A stretch of DNA of 54,953 nt, from the NCBI RefSeq assembly GCF_964204645.1, contig NW_027437479.1, forward strand, positions 1 to 54,953, read 5' to 3'. Positions within the stretch are counted from its first letter, which is position 1. Every line of letters starts with the position of its first letter. Below the pieces are notes generated by a model. It was given only the letters and a program-made list of their open reading frames with translations. It searched no databases and was not told the DNA's origin. The stretch comes from Tubulanus polymorphus (lineage: Eukaryota > Animalia > Nemertea). Shown here in pieces: positions 38,332 to 51,100 of this stretch. A program made the translations under genes and the position numbers.

Positions 38332-38673
38332 TCATCCGTCCGTATAAAACAGTCCTTCTCATGCGTTAGTGCTAACGTCATTTATTGCCTCATTTGCCTC
38401 AAATGTGATATCAAATATATCGGTGAAACAGGACGAAGATTAGGTGATAGATTCAGGGAGCATCTTTATTCTATCACCAAAAATCACACTAACACCCTCG
38501 TTGCACAACATTTCAATTCAAACAATCACAGCCTGTCAGATATCTCGGTTACTGCCATTGAAAGCGTAGAATCTACTTCTGAACGTCGCCTCAAGGAATC
38601 ATTCTACATCCACAAACTTAATACGTTGTCCCCCTGTGGCCTTAATCTCGAAGATGATACCTATCGTAGATAA
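38270..38673 (+). pseudogene. Inverted duplicate of the GIY-YIG endonuclease-coding 3' end of the PLE ORF
   Basis: The track ORF 38,320-38,673 matches the C-terminal ~117 aa of the large ORF apart from the assigned start. It has no ATG of its own (GTG). Confidence 0.85.
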
Positions 38674-38780
38674 TTCTAATTCAGTTTATGTCGATATTTA
38701 AATGAAATCCCCATCTGATAAATTGTCTCTTGTGGTACATTATTGTTATCGTTATTGGTGTTAGGTCAGTATTTCATATG

Positions 38781-38887
38781 GCTACTACTACTATTATTTT
38801 TATTATTATAATAATGATAATAATAATAATAATAATAATAATTATTATTATTATTGTTATTATTATTATTTTGATTATCATTATTAC
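38781..38887. repeat. (ATA)n/(ATT)n microsatellite, right copy
   Basis: atg(ata)8(att)5gtt, the mirror of the left microsatellite with a shifted centre. Confidence 0.9.
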
Positions 38888-39019
38888 TATGTATAATATA
38901 TCTGTGAAAGCTCGTACTTGTTAATCCATTCATTCTCATGTTGAAAATTCCATATTTGTATTTTATTTGCGGGTATAATGTTTCCTTATCAACGATGTAT
39001 TGTTGCTTCAACCGTCTAA

Positions 39020-39069
39020 TTCAATTCTCAATTGATGAAGGCTTGAAGGCCGAAACGTCTTGTAGTGAA
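39020..39069 (+). ncRNA. Minimal type I hammerhead ribozyme motif (right pLTR)
   Basis: ttgatga at 39,032-39,038, stem II ggc (39,040-42) with gcc (39,049-51), and gaaacgtc at 39,052-39,059. Predicted cleavage is after C39,059. Confidence 0.75.
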
Positions 39070-39114
39070 GAAAATAAAAGATGCACCTCGTCATAGTCAA
39101 TATCTGTATTTTAT

Positions 39115-39128
39115 AAAGAAGTTTTCGT
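39115..39128 (+). repeat. Right target-site duplication (14 bp, aaagaagttttcgt)
   Basis: Identical to 35,661-35,674. The satellite resumes in register (atcgaatattcc). Confidence 0.9.
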
Positions 39129-42100
39129 ATCGAATATTCCCCCTATCGGAAAAACGACGATGTCGATGCGTAAAAGCGCTCAAATCGTCAGGAAAAGCAC
39201 ATTTCGGCCCGAAAACGTCGTTCAGCGCGAGAAAAGACGTTTTCTCGTCAACTTCTCCCCGTATCGGAAAAATGATAATGTCGATGCGTAAAAGCGCTCA
39301 AATCGTCAGGAAAAGCACTTTTCGACCCGAAAACGTCGTTCAGCGCGAGAAAAGACGTTTTCTCGACGGGAAAAGCACATTTCGGCCCGAAAACGTCGTT
39401 CAGCGCGAGAAAAGACGTTTTCTCGTCAACTTCTCCCCGTATCGGAAAAATGATAATGCCGATGCGCAAAAGCGCTCAAATCGACGGGAAAAGCACATTT
39501 CGACCCGAAAACGTCGTTCAGCGCGAGAAAAGACGTTTTCGTATCGAATATTGCCCCTATCGGAAAAACGACGACGTCGATGCGTAAAAGCGCTCAAATC
39601 GTCAGGAAAAGCACTTTTCGACCCGAAAACGTCGTTCAGCGCGAGAAAAGACGTTTTCTCGACGGGAAAAGCACATTTCGGTCCAAAAACGTCGTTCAGC
39701 GCGAGAAAAGACGTTTTTTCGTCAACTTCTCCCCGTATCGGAAAAATGATAATGTCGATGCGTAAAAGCGCTCAAATCGACGGGAAAAGCACATTTCGGT
39801 CCGAAAACGTCGTTCAGCGCGAGAAAAGACGTTTTCTCGTCAACTTCTCCCCGTATCGGAAAAATGATAATGCCGATGCGCAAAAGCGCTCAAATCGACG
39901 GGAAAATCACATTTCGGCCCGAAAACGTCGTTCAGCGCGAGAAAAGACGTTTTCTCGTCAACTTCTCCCCGTATCGGAAAAATAATAATGTCGATGCGTA
40001 AAAGCGCTCAAATCGACGGGAAAAGCACATTTCGACCCGAAAACGTCGTTCAGCGCGAGAAAAGACGTTTTCTCGACGGGAAAAGCACATTTCGGTCCGA
40101 AAACGTCGTTCAGCGCGAGAAAAGACGTTTTCTCGTCAACTTCTCCCCGTATCGGAAAAATGATAATGCCGATGCGCAAAAGCGCTCAAATCGACGGGAA
40201 AAGCACATTTCGGTCCGAAAACGTCGTACAGCGCGAGAAAAGACGTTTTCTCGTCAACTTCTCCCCGTATCGGAAAAACGACGATGTCGATGCGTAAAAG
40301 CGCTCAAATCGTCAGGAAAAGCACATTTCGGCCCGAAAACGTCGTACAGCGCGAGAAAAGACGTTTTCTCGACGGGAAAAGCACATTTCGGTCCGAAAAC
40401 GTCGTTCAGCGCGAGAAAAGACGTTTTCTCGTCAATTTCTCCCCGTATCGGAAAAATTATAATGCCGATGCGCAAAAGCGCTCAAATCGACGGGAAAAGC
40501 ACATTTCGGCCCGAAAACGTCGTTCAGCGCGAGAAAAGACGTTTTCTCGTCAACTTCTCCCCGTATCGGAAAAATGATAATGTCGATGCGTAAAAGCGCT
40601 CAAATCGTCAGGAAAAGCACTTTTCGACCCGAAAACGTCGTTCAGCGCGAGAAAAGACGTTTTCGTATCGAATATTCCCCCTATCGGAAAAACGACGATG
40701 TCGATGCGTAAAAGCGCTCAAATCGTCAGGAAAAGCACTTTTCGACCCGAAAACGTCGTTCAGCGCGAGAAAAGACGTTTTCGTATCGAATATTCCCCCT
40801 ATCGGAAAAACGACGATGTCGATGCGTAAAAGCGCTCAAATCGTCAGGAAAAGCGCATTTCGGCCCGAAAACGTCGTTCAGTGCGAGAAAAGACGTTTTC
40901 TCGTCACATCTCCCCGTATCGGAAAAATGATAATGTCGATGCGTAAAAGCGCTCAAATCGACGGGAAAAGCACATTTCGACCCGAAAACGTCGTTCAGCG
41001 CGAGAAAAGACGTTTTCGTATCGAATATTCCCCCTATCGGAAAAACGACGATGTCGATGCGTAAAAGCGCTCAAATCGTCAGGAAAAGCACATTTCGGCC
41101 CGAAAACGTCGTTCAGCGCGAGAAAAGACGTTTTCTCGTCAACTTCTCCCCGTATCGGAAAAATGATAATGCCGATGCGCAAAAGCGCTCAAATCGACGG
41201 GAAAAACACATTTCGGCCCGAAAACGTCGTTCAGCGCGAGAAAAGACGTTTTCGTATCGAATATTCCCCCTATCGGAAAAACGACGATGTCGATGCGCAA
41301 AAGCGCTCAAATCGACGGGAAAAGCACATTTCGGCCCGAAAACGTCGTTCAGCGCGAGAAAAGACGTTTTCTCGTCAACTTCTCCCCGTATCGGAAAAAT
41401 GATAATGTCGATGCGTAAAAGCGCTCAAATCGACGGGAAAAGCACATTTCGACCCGAAAACGTCGTTCAGCGCGAGAAAAGACGTTTTCGTATCGAATAT
41501 TCGCCCTATCGGAAAAACGACGATGTCGATGCGTAAAAGCGCTCAAATCGTCAGGAAAAGCGCATTTCGGCCCGAAAACGTCGTTCAGCGCGAGAAAAGA
41601 CGTTTTCTAGTCAACTTCTCCCCGTATCGGAAAAATGATAATGCCGATGCGCAAAAGCGCTCAAATCGACGGGAAAAGCACATTTCGGCCCGAAAACGTC
41701 GTTCAGCGCGAGAAAAGACGTTTTCTCGTCAACTTCTCCCCGTATCGGAAAAATGATAATGTCGATGCGTAAAAGCTCTCAAATCGACGGGAAAAGCACA
41801 TATCGACCCGAAAACGTCGTTCAGCGGGAGAAAAGACGTTTTCGTATCGAATATTCGCCCTATCGGAAAAACGACGATGTCGATGCGTAAAAGCGCTCAA
41901 ATCGTCAGGAAAAGCACATTTCGGCCCGAAAACGTCGTACAGCGCGAGAAAAGACGTTTTCTCGACGGGAAAAGCACATTTCGGTCCGAAAACGTCGTTC
42001 AGCGCGAGAAACGACGTTTTCTCGTCAATTTCTCCCCGTATCGGAAAAATTATAATGCCGATGCGCAAAAGCGCTCAAATCGACGGGAAAAGCACATTTC

Positions 42101-45100
42101 GGCCCGAAAACGTCGTTCAGCGTGAGAAAAGATGTTTTCTCGTCAACTTCTCCCCGTATCGGGAAAATGATAATGTCGATGCGTAAAAGCGCTCAAATCG
42201 ACGGGAAAAGCACATTTCGACCCGAAAACGTCGTTCAGCGCGAGAAAAGACGTTTTCGTATCGAATATTCGCCCTATCGGAAAAACGACGATGTCGATGC
42301 GTAAAAGCGCTCAAATCGTCAGGAAAAGCGCATTTCGGCCCGAAAACGTCGTTCAGCGCGAGAAAAGACGTTTTCTCGTCAACTTCTCCCCGTATCGGAA
42401 AAATGATAATGCCGATGCGCAAAAGCGCTCAAATCGACGGGAAAAGCACATTCCGACCCGAAAACGTCGTTCAGCGCGAGAAAAGACGTTTTCTCGACGG
42501 GAAAAGCACATTTCGGTCCGAAAACGTCGTTCAGCGCGAGAAAAGACGTTTTCTCGTCAACTTCTCCCCGTATCGGAAAAATGATAATGCCGATGCGCAA
42601 AAGCGCTCAAATCGACGGGAAAAGCACATTTCGGTCCGAAAACGTCGTACAGCGCGAGAAAAGACGTTTTCTAGTCAACTTCTCCCCGTATCGGAAAAAT
42701 GATAATGTCGATGCGCAAAAGCGCTCGAATCGTCAGGAAAAGCACTTTTCGACTCGAAAACGTCGTTCAGCGCGAGAAAAGACGTTTTCGTATCAAATAT
42801 TCCCCCTATGGGAAAAACCACAATGTCGATGCGTAAAAGCGCTCAAATCGTCAGGAAAACCACTTTTCGACTCGAAAACGTCATTCAGCGCGAGAAAAGA
42901 CGTTTTCGTATCGAATATTCGCCCTATCGGAAAAACGACGATGTCGATGCGTAAAAGCGCTCAAATCGTAAGGAAAAGCACATTTCGGCCCGAAAACGTC
43001 GTACAGCGCGAGAAAAGACGTTTTCTCGACGGGAAAAGCACATTTCGGTCCGAAAACGTCGTTCAGCGCGAGAAAAGACGTTTTCTCGTCAACTTCTCTC
43101 CGTATCGGAAAAATTATAATGCCGATGCGCAAAAGCGCTCAAATCGACGGGAAAAGCATATTTCGGCCCGAAAACGTCGTTCAGCGCGAGAAAAGACGTT
43201 TTCTCGTCAACTTCTCCCCGTATCGGAAAAATGATAATGTCGATGCGCAAAAGCGCTCAAATCGACGGGAAAAACACATTTCGGCCCGAAAACGTCGTTC
43301 AGCGCGAGAAAAGACGTTTTCTCGTCAACTTCTCCCCGTATCGGAAAAATGATAATGCCGATGCGCAAAAGCGCTCAAATCGACGGGAAAAGCACATTTC
43401 GACCCGAAAACGTCGTTCAGCGCGAGAAAAGACGTTTTCGTATCGAATATTCGCCCTATCGGAAAAACGACGATGTCGATGCGTAAAAGCGCTCAAATCG
43501 TCAGGAAAAGCGCATTTCGGCCCGAAAACGTCGTTCAGCGCGAGAAAAGACGTTTTCTCGTCAACTTCTCCCCGTATCGGAAAAATGATAATGCCGATGC
43601 GCAAAAGCGCTCAAATCGACGGGAAAAGCACATATCGACCCGAAAACGTCGTTCAGCGCGAGAAAAGACGTTTTCGTATCGAATATTCCCCCTATCGGAA
43701 AAACGACGATGTCGATGCGTAAAAGCGCTCAAATCGTCAGGAAAAGCACATTTCGGCCCGAAAACGTCGTACAGCGCGAGAAAAGACGTTTTCTCGACGG
43801 GAAAAGCACATTTCGGTCCGAAAACGTCGTTCAGCGCGAGAAAAGACGTTTTCTCGTCAATTTCTCCCCGTATCGGAAAAATTATAATGCCGATGCGCAA
43901 AAGCGCTCAAATCGACGGGAAAAGCACATTTCGGCCCGAAAACGTCGTTCAGCGCGAGAAAAGATGTTTTCTCGTCAACTTCTCCCCGTATCGGAAAAAT
44001 GATAATGTCGATGCGCAAAAGCGCTCAAATCGACGGGAAAAACACATTTCGGCCCGAAAACGTCGTTCAGCGCGAGAAAAGAAGTTTTCGTATCGAATAT
44101 TCCCCCTATCGGAAAAACGACGATGTCGATGCGTAAAAGCGCTCAAATCGTCAGGAAAAGCACATTTCGGCCCGAAAACGTCGTTCAGCGCGAGAAAAGA
44201 CGTTTTCTCGTCAACTTCTCCCCGTATCGGAAAAATGATAATGTCGATGCGTAAAAGCGCTCAAATCGTCAGGAAAAGCACTTTTCGACCCGAAAACGTC
44301 GTTCAGCGCGAGAAAAGACGTTTTCTCGACGGGAAAAGCACATTTCGGTCCGAAAACGTCGTTCAGCGCGAGAAAAGACGTTTTCGTATCGAATATTGCC
44401 CCTATCGGAAAAACGACGACGTCGATGCGTAAAAGCGCTCAAATCGTCAGGAAAAGCACATTTCGGCCCGAAAACGTCGTTCAGCGCGAGAAAAGACGTT
44501 TTCTCGACGGGAAAAGCACATTTCGGTCCGAAAACGTCGTTCAGTGCGAGAAAAGACGTTTTCTCGTCAATTTCTCCCCGTATCGCAAAAATGATAATGT
44601 CGAAGCGCAAAAGCGCTCAAATCGACGGGAAAAGCACATTTCGGTCCGAAAACGTCGTTCAGCGCGAGAAAAGACGTTTTCTCGTCAACTTCTCCCCGTA
44701 TCGGAAAATGATAATGTCGATGCGTAAATGCGCTCAAATCGACGGGAAAAGCACATTTCGGCCCGAAAACGTCGTACAGCGCGAGAAAAGACGTTTTCTC
44801 GTCAACTTCTCCCCGTATCGGAAAAATGATAATGCCGATGCGCAAAAGCGCTCAAATCGACGGGAAAAGCACATTTCGGCCCGAAAACGTCGTTCAGCGC
44901 GAGAAAAGACGTTTTCTCGTCAACTTCTCCCCGTATCGGAAAAATGATAATGCCGATGCGCAAAAGCGCTTAAATCGACGGGAAAAGCACATTTCGGCCC
45001 GAAAACGTCGTTCAGCGCGAGAAAAGACGTTTTCTCGTCAACTTCTCCCCGTATCGGAAAAATGATAATGTTGATGCGCAAAAGCGGTCAAATCGACGGG

Positions 45101-48100
45101 AAAAACAAATTTCGGCCCGAAAACGTCGTTCAGCGCGAGAAAAGAAGTTTTCGTATCGAATATTCCCCCTATCGGAAAAACGACGATGTCGATGCGTAAA
45201 AGCGCTCAAATCGTCAGGAAAAGCACATTTCGGCCCGAAAACGTCGTTCAGCGCGAGAAAAGACGTTTTCTCGTCAACTTCTCCCCGTATCGGAAAAATG
45301 ATAATGTCGATGCGTAAAAGCGCTCAAATCGTCAGGAAAAGCACTTTTCGACCCGAAAACGTCGTTCAGCGCGAGAAAAGACGTTTTTGTATCGAATATT
45401 CGCCCTATCGGAAAAACGACGATGTCGATGCGTAAAAGCGCTCAAATCGTCAGGAAAAGCACATTTCGGCCCGAAAACGTCGTACAGCACGAGAAAAGAC
45501 GTTTTCTCGACGGGAAAAGCACATTTCGGTCCGAAAACGTCGTTCAGCGCGAGAAAAGACGTTTTCTCGTCAATTTCTCCCCGTATCGCAAAAATGATAA
45601 TGTCGAAGCGCAAAAGCGCTCAAATCGACGGGAAAAGCACATTTCGGTCCGAAAACGTCGTTCAGCGCGAGAAAAGACGTTTTCTCGTCAACTTCTCCCC
45701 GTATCGGAAAAATGATAATGTCGATGCGTAAATGCGCTCAAATCGACGGGAAAAGCACATTTCGGCCCGAAAACGTCGTTCAGCGCGAGAAAAGACGTTT
45801 TCTCGTCACATTCTCCCCGTATCGGAAAATGATAATGTCGATGCGTAAAAGCGCTCAAATCGACGGGAAAAGCACATTTCGACCCGAAAACGTCGTTCAG
45901 CGCGAGAAAAGACGTTTTCGTATCGAATATTCCCCCTATCGGAAAAACGACGATGTCGATGCGTAAAAGCGCTCAAATCGTCAGGAAAAGCACATTTCGG
46001 CCCGAAAACGTCGTTCAGCGCGAGAAAAGACGTTTTCTCGTCAACTTCTCCCCGTATCGGAAAAATGATAATGCCGATGCGCAAAAGCGCTCAAATCGAC
46101 GGGAAAAGCACATTTCGGCCCGAAAACGTCGTTCAGCGCGAGAAAAGACGTTTTCTCGTCAACTTCTCCCCGTATCGGAAAAATGATAATGTCGATGCGC
46201 AAAAGCGCTCAAATCGACGGGAAAAACACATTTCGGTCCGAAAACGTCGTTCAGCGCGAGAAAAGACGTTTTCGTATCGAATATTCGCCCTATCGGAAAA
46301 ACGACGATGTCGATGCGTAAAAGCGCTCAAATCGTCAGGAAAAGCACATTTCGGCCCGAAAACGTCGTTCAGCGCGAGAAAAGACGTTTTCTCGTCAACT
46401 TCTCCCCGTATCGGAAAAATGATAATGTCGATGCGTAAAAGCGCTCAAATCGACGGGAAAAGCACATTTCGACCCGAAAACGTCGTTCAGCGCGAGAAAA
46501 GACGTTTTCGTATCGAATATTCGCCCTATCGGAAAAACGACGATGTCGATGCGTAAAAGCGCTCAAATCGTCAGGAAAAGCGCATTTCGGCCCGAAAACG
46601 TCGTACAGCGCGAGAAAAGACGTTTTCTCGACGGGAAAAGCACATTTCGGTCCGAAAACGTCGTTCAGCGCGAGAAAAGACGTTTTCTCGTCAATTTCTC
46701 CCCGTATCGGAAAAATTATAATGCCGATGCGCAAAAGCGCTCAAATCGACGGGAAAAGCACATTTCGGCCCGAAAACGTCGTTCAGCGCGAGAAAAGATG
46801 TTTTCTCGTCAACTTCTCCCCGTATCGGAAAAATGATAATGTCGATGCGCAAAAGCGCTCAAATCGACGGGAAAAACACATTTCGGCCCGAAAACGTCGT
46901 TCAGCGCGAGAAAAGAAGTTTTCGTATCGAATATTCCCCCTATCGGAAAAACGACGATGTCGATGCGTAAAAGCGCTCAAATCGTCAGGAAAAGCACATT
47001 TCGGCCCGAAAACGTCGTTCAGCGCGAGAAAAGACGTTTTCTCGTCAACTTCTCCCCGTATCGGAAAAATGATAATGTCGATGCGTAAAAGCGCTCAAAT
47101 CGTCAGGAAAAGCACTTTTCGACCCGAAAACGTCGTTCAGCGCGAGAAAAGACGTTTTCTCGACGGGAAAAGCACATTTCGGCCCGAAAACGTCGTTCAG
47201 CGCGAGAAAGACGTTTTCTCGTCAACTTCTCCCCGTATCGGAAAAATGATAATGCCGATGCGCAAAAGCGCTCAAATCGACGGGAAAAGCACATTTCGAC
47301 CCGAAAACGTCGTTCAGCGCGAGAAAAGACGTTTTCGTATCGAATATTGCCCCTATCGGAAAAACGACGACGTCGATGCGTAAAAGCGCTCAAATCGTCA
47401 GGAAAAGCACTTTTCGACCCGAAAACGTCGTTCAGCGCGAGAAAAGACGTTTTCTCGACGGGAAAAGCACATTTCGGTCCAAAAACGTCGTTCAGCGCGA
47501 GAAAAGACGTTTTTTCGTCAACTTCTCCCCGTATCGGAAAAATGATAATGTCGTTGCGTAAAAGCGCTCAAATCGACGGGAAAAGCACATTTCGGTCCGA
47601 AAACGTCGTTCAGCGCGAGAAAAGACGTTTTCTCGTCAACTTCTCCCCGTATCGGAAAAATGATAATGCCGATGCGCAAAAGCGCTCAAATCGACGGGAA
47701 AATCACATTTCGGCCCGAAAACGTCGTTCAGCGCGAGAAAAGACGTTTTCTCGTCAACTTCTCCCCGTATCGGAAAAATGATAATGTCGATGCGTAAAAG
47801 CGCTCAAATCGACGGGAAAAGCACATTTCGACCCGAAACGTCGTTCAGCGCGAGAAAAGACGTTTTCTCGACGGGAAAAGCACATTTCGGTCCGAAAACG
47901 TCGTTCAGCGCGAGAAAAGACGTTTTCTCGTCAACTTCTCCCCGTATCGGAAAAATGATAATGCCGATGCGCAAAAGCGCTCAAATCGACGGGAAAAGCA
48001 CATTTCGGTCCGAAAACGTCGTACAGCGCGAGAAAAGACGTTTTCTCGTCAACTTCTCCCCGTATCGGAAAAACGACGATGTCGATGCGTAAAAGCGCTC

Positions 48101-51100
48101 AAATCGTCAGGAAAAGCACATTTCGGCCCGAAAACGTCGTACAGCGCGAGAAAAGACGTTTTCTCGACGGGAAAAGCACATTTCGGTCCGAAAACGTCGT
48201 TCAGCGCGAGAAAAGACGTTTTCTCGTCAATTTCTCCCCGTATCGGAAAAATTATAATGCCGATGCGCAAAAGCGCTCAAAATCGACGGGAAAAGCACAT
48301 TTCGGCCCGAAAACGTCGTTCAGCGCGAGAAAAGACGTTTTCTCGTCAACTTCTCCCGTATCGGAAAATGATAATGTCGATGCGCAAAAGCGCTCAAATC
48401 GACGGGAAAAACACATTTCGGCCCGAAAACGTCGTTCAGCGCGAGAAAAGAAGTTTTCGTATCGAATATTCCCCCTATCGGAAAAACGACGATGTCGATG
48501 CGTAAAAGCGCTCAAATCGTCAGGAAAAGCACATTTCGGCCCGAAAACGTCGTTCAGCGCGAGAAAAGACGTTTTCTCGTCAACTTCTCCCCGTATCGGA
48601 AAAATGATAATGTCGATGCGTAAAAGCGCTCAAATCGTCAGGAAAAGCACTTTTCGACCCGAAAACGTCGTTCAGCGCGAGAAAAGACGTTTTCTCGACG
48701 GGAAAAGCACATTTCGGTCCGAAAACGTCGTTCAGCGCGAGAAAAGACGTTTTCGTATCGAATATTGCCCCTATCGGAAAAACGACGACGTCGATGCGTA
48801 AAAGCGCTCAAATCGTCAGGAAAAGCACTTTTCGACCCGAAAACGTCGTTCAGCGCGAGAAAAGACGTTTTCTCGACGGGGAAAAGCACATTTCGGTCCG
48901 AAAACGTCGTTCAGCGCGAGAAAAGACGTTTTCTCGTCAACTTCTCCCCGTATCGGAAAAATGATAATGCCGATGCGCAAAAGCGCTCAAATCGACGGGA
49001 AAAGCACATTTCGGTCCGAAAACGTCGTACAGCGCGAGAAAAGACGTTTTCTCGTCAACTTCTCCCCGTATCGGAAAAACGACGATGTCGATGCGTAAAA
49101 GCGCTCAAATCGTCAGGAAAAGCACATTTCGGCCCGAAAACGTCGTACAGCGCGAGAAAAGACGTTTTCTCGACGGGAAAAGCACATTTCGGTCCGAAAA
49201 CGTCGTTCAGCGCGAGAAAAGACGTTTTCTCGTCAATTTCTCCCCGTATCGGAAAAATTATAATGCCGATGCGCAAAAGCGCTCAAATCGACGGGAAAAG
49301 CACATTTCGGCCCGAAAACGTCGTTCAGCGCGAGAAAAGACGTTTTCTCGTCAACTTCTCCCCGTATCGGAAAAATGATAATGTCGATGCGCAAAAGCGC
49401 TCAAATCGACGGGAAAAACACATTTCGGCCCGAAAACGTCGTTCAGCGCGAGAAAAGAAGTTTTCGTATCGAATATTCCCCCTATCGGAAAAACGACGAT
49501 GTCGATGCGTAAAAGCGCTCAAATCGTCAGGAAAAGCACATTTCGGCCCGAAAACGTCGTTCAGCGCGAGAAAAGACGTTTTCTCGTCAACTTCTCCCCG
49601 TATCGGAAAAATGATAATGTCGATGCGTAAAAGCGCTCAAATCGTCAGGAAAAGCACTTTTCGACCCGAAAACGTCGTTCAGCGCGAGAAAAGACGTTTT
49701 CTCGACGGGAAAAGCACATTTCGGTCCGAAAACGTCGTTCAGCGCGAGAAAAGACGTTTTCGTATCGAATATTGCCCCTATCGGAAAAACGACGACGTCG
49801 ATGCGTAAAAGCGCTCAAATCGTCAGGAAAAGCACTTTTCGACCCGAAAACGTCGTTCAGCGCGAGAAAAGACGTTTTCTCGACGGGAAAAGCACATTTC
49901 GGTCCGAAAACGTCGTTCAGCGCGAGAAAAGACGTTTTCTCGTCAACATCTCCCCGTATCGGAAAAATGATAATGTCGATGCGTAAAAGCGCTCAAATCG
50001 ACGGGAAAAGCACATTTCGGTCCGAAAACGTCGTTCAGCGCGAGAAAAGACGTTTTCTCGTCAACTTCTCCCCGTATCGGAAAAATGATAATGCCGATGC
50101 GCAAAAGCACTCAAATCGACGGGAAAAGCACATTTCGGCCCGAAAACGTCGTTCAGCGCGAGAAAAGACGTTTTCTCGTCAACTTCTCCCCGTATCGGAA
50201 AAATGATAATGTCGATGCGTAAAAGCGCTCAAATCGACGGGAAAAGCACATTCCGACCCGAAAACGTCGTTCAGCGCGAGAAAAGACGTTTTCTCGACGG
50301 GAAAAGCACATTTCGGTCCGAAAACGTCGTTCAGCGCGAGAAAAGACGTTTTCTCGTCAACTTCTCCCCGTATCGGAAAAATGATAATGCCGATGCGCAA
50401 AAGCGCTCAAATCGACGGGAAAAGCACATTTCGGTCCGAAAACGTCGTACAGCGCGAGAAAAGACGTTTTCTCGTCAACTTCTCCCCGTATCGGAAAAAT
50501 GATAATGCCGATGCGCAAAAGCGCTCAAATCGACGGGAAAAGCACATTTCGGCCCGAAAACGTCGTTCAGCGCGAGAAAAGACGTTTTCTCGTCAACTTC
50601 TCCCCGTATCGGAAAAATGATAATGTCGATGCGCAAAAGCGCTCAAATCGACGGGAAAAACACATTTCGGCCCGAAAACGTCGTTCAGCGCGAGAAAAGA
50701 CGTTTTCGTATCGAATATTCCCCCTATCGGAAAAACGACGATGTCGATGCGTAAAAGCGCTCAAATCGTAAGGAAAAGCACATTTCGGCCCGAAAACGTC
50801 GTTCAGCGCGAGAAAAGACGTTTTCTCGTCAACTTCTCCCCGTATCGGAAAAATGATAATGTCGATGCGTAAAAGCGCTCAAATCGACGGGAAAAGCACA
50901 TTTCGACCCGAAAACGTCGTTCAGCGCGAGAAAAGACGTTTTCGTATCGAATATTCGCCCTATCGGAAAAACGACGATGTCGATGCGTAAAAGCGCTCAA
51001 ATCGTCAGGAAAAGCGCATTTCGGCCCGAAAACGTCGTTCAGCGCGAGAAAAGACGTTTTCTCGTCAACTTCTCCCCGTATCGGAAAAATGATAATGCCG

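Larger units (their letters stand above)
35675..39114 (-). mobile_element. Penelope-like retroelement (probably Neptune clade), 5'-truncated, with inverted pseudo-LTR and 3' tail
   Basis: RT plus C-terminal GIY-YIG ORF, 845-bp inverted terminal repeat, hammerhead motif and 14-bp TSD. Its AT-rich composition differs from the flanking satellite. Confidence 0.95.
38270..39114 (+). repeat. pseudo-LTR / inverted repeat, right arm (845 bp)
   Basis: Reverse complement of 35,713-36,557. It starts gcagaatttgtaaaacatg and ends tctgtattttat immediately before the right TSD. Confidence 0.95.

Noticed and set aside
35713-39114. DNA transposon or DIRS element suggested by the long terminal inverted repeats
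   Set aside because: There is no transposase, tyrosine recombinase or RNase H. The repeat is a copy of the ORF 3' end plus UTR and is asymmetric because of the 38-nt tail, which fits a PLE.
44700-48900. Scattered 1-bp homopolymer indels (e.g. near 44,705, 45,827, 47,207, 47,836, 48,280, 48,355, 48,880)
   Set aside because: The pattern is typical of long-read consensus error and was not interpreted biologically.
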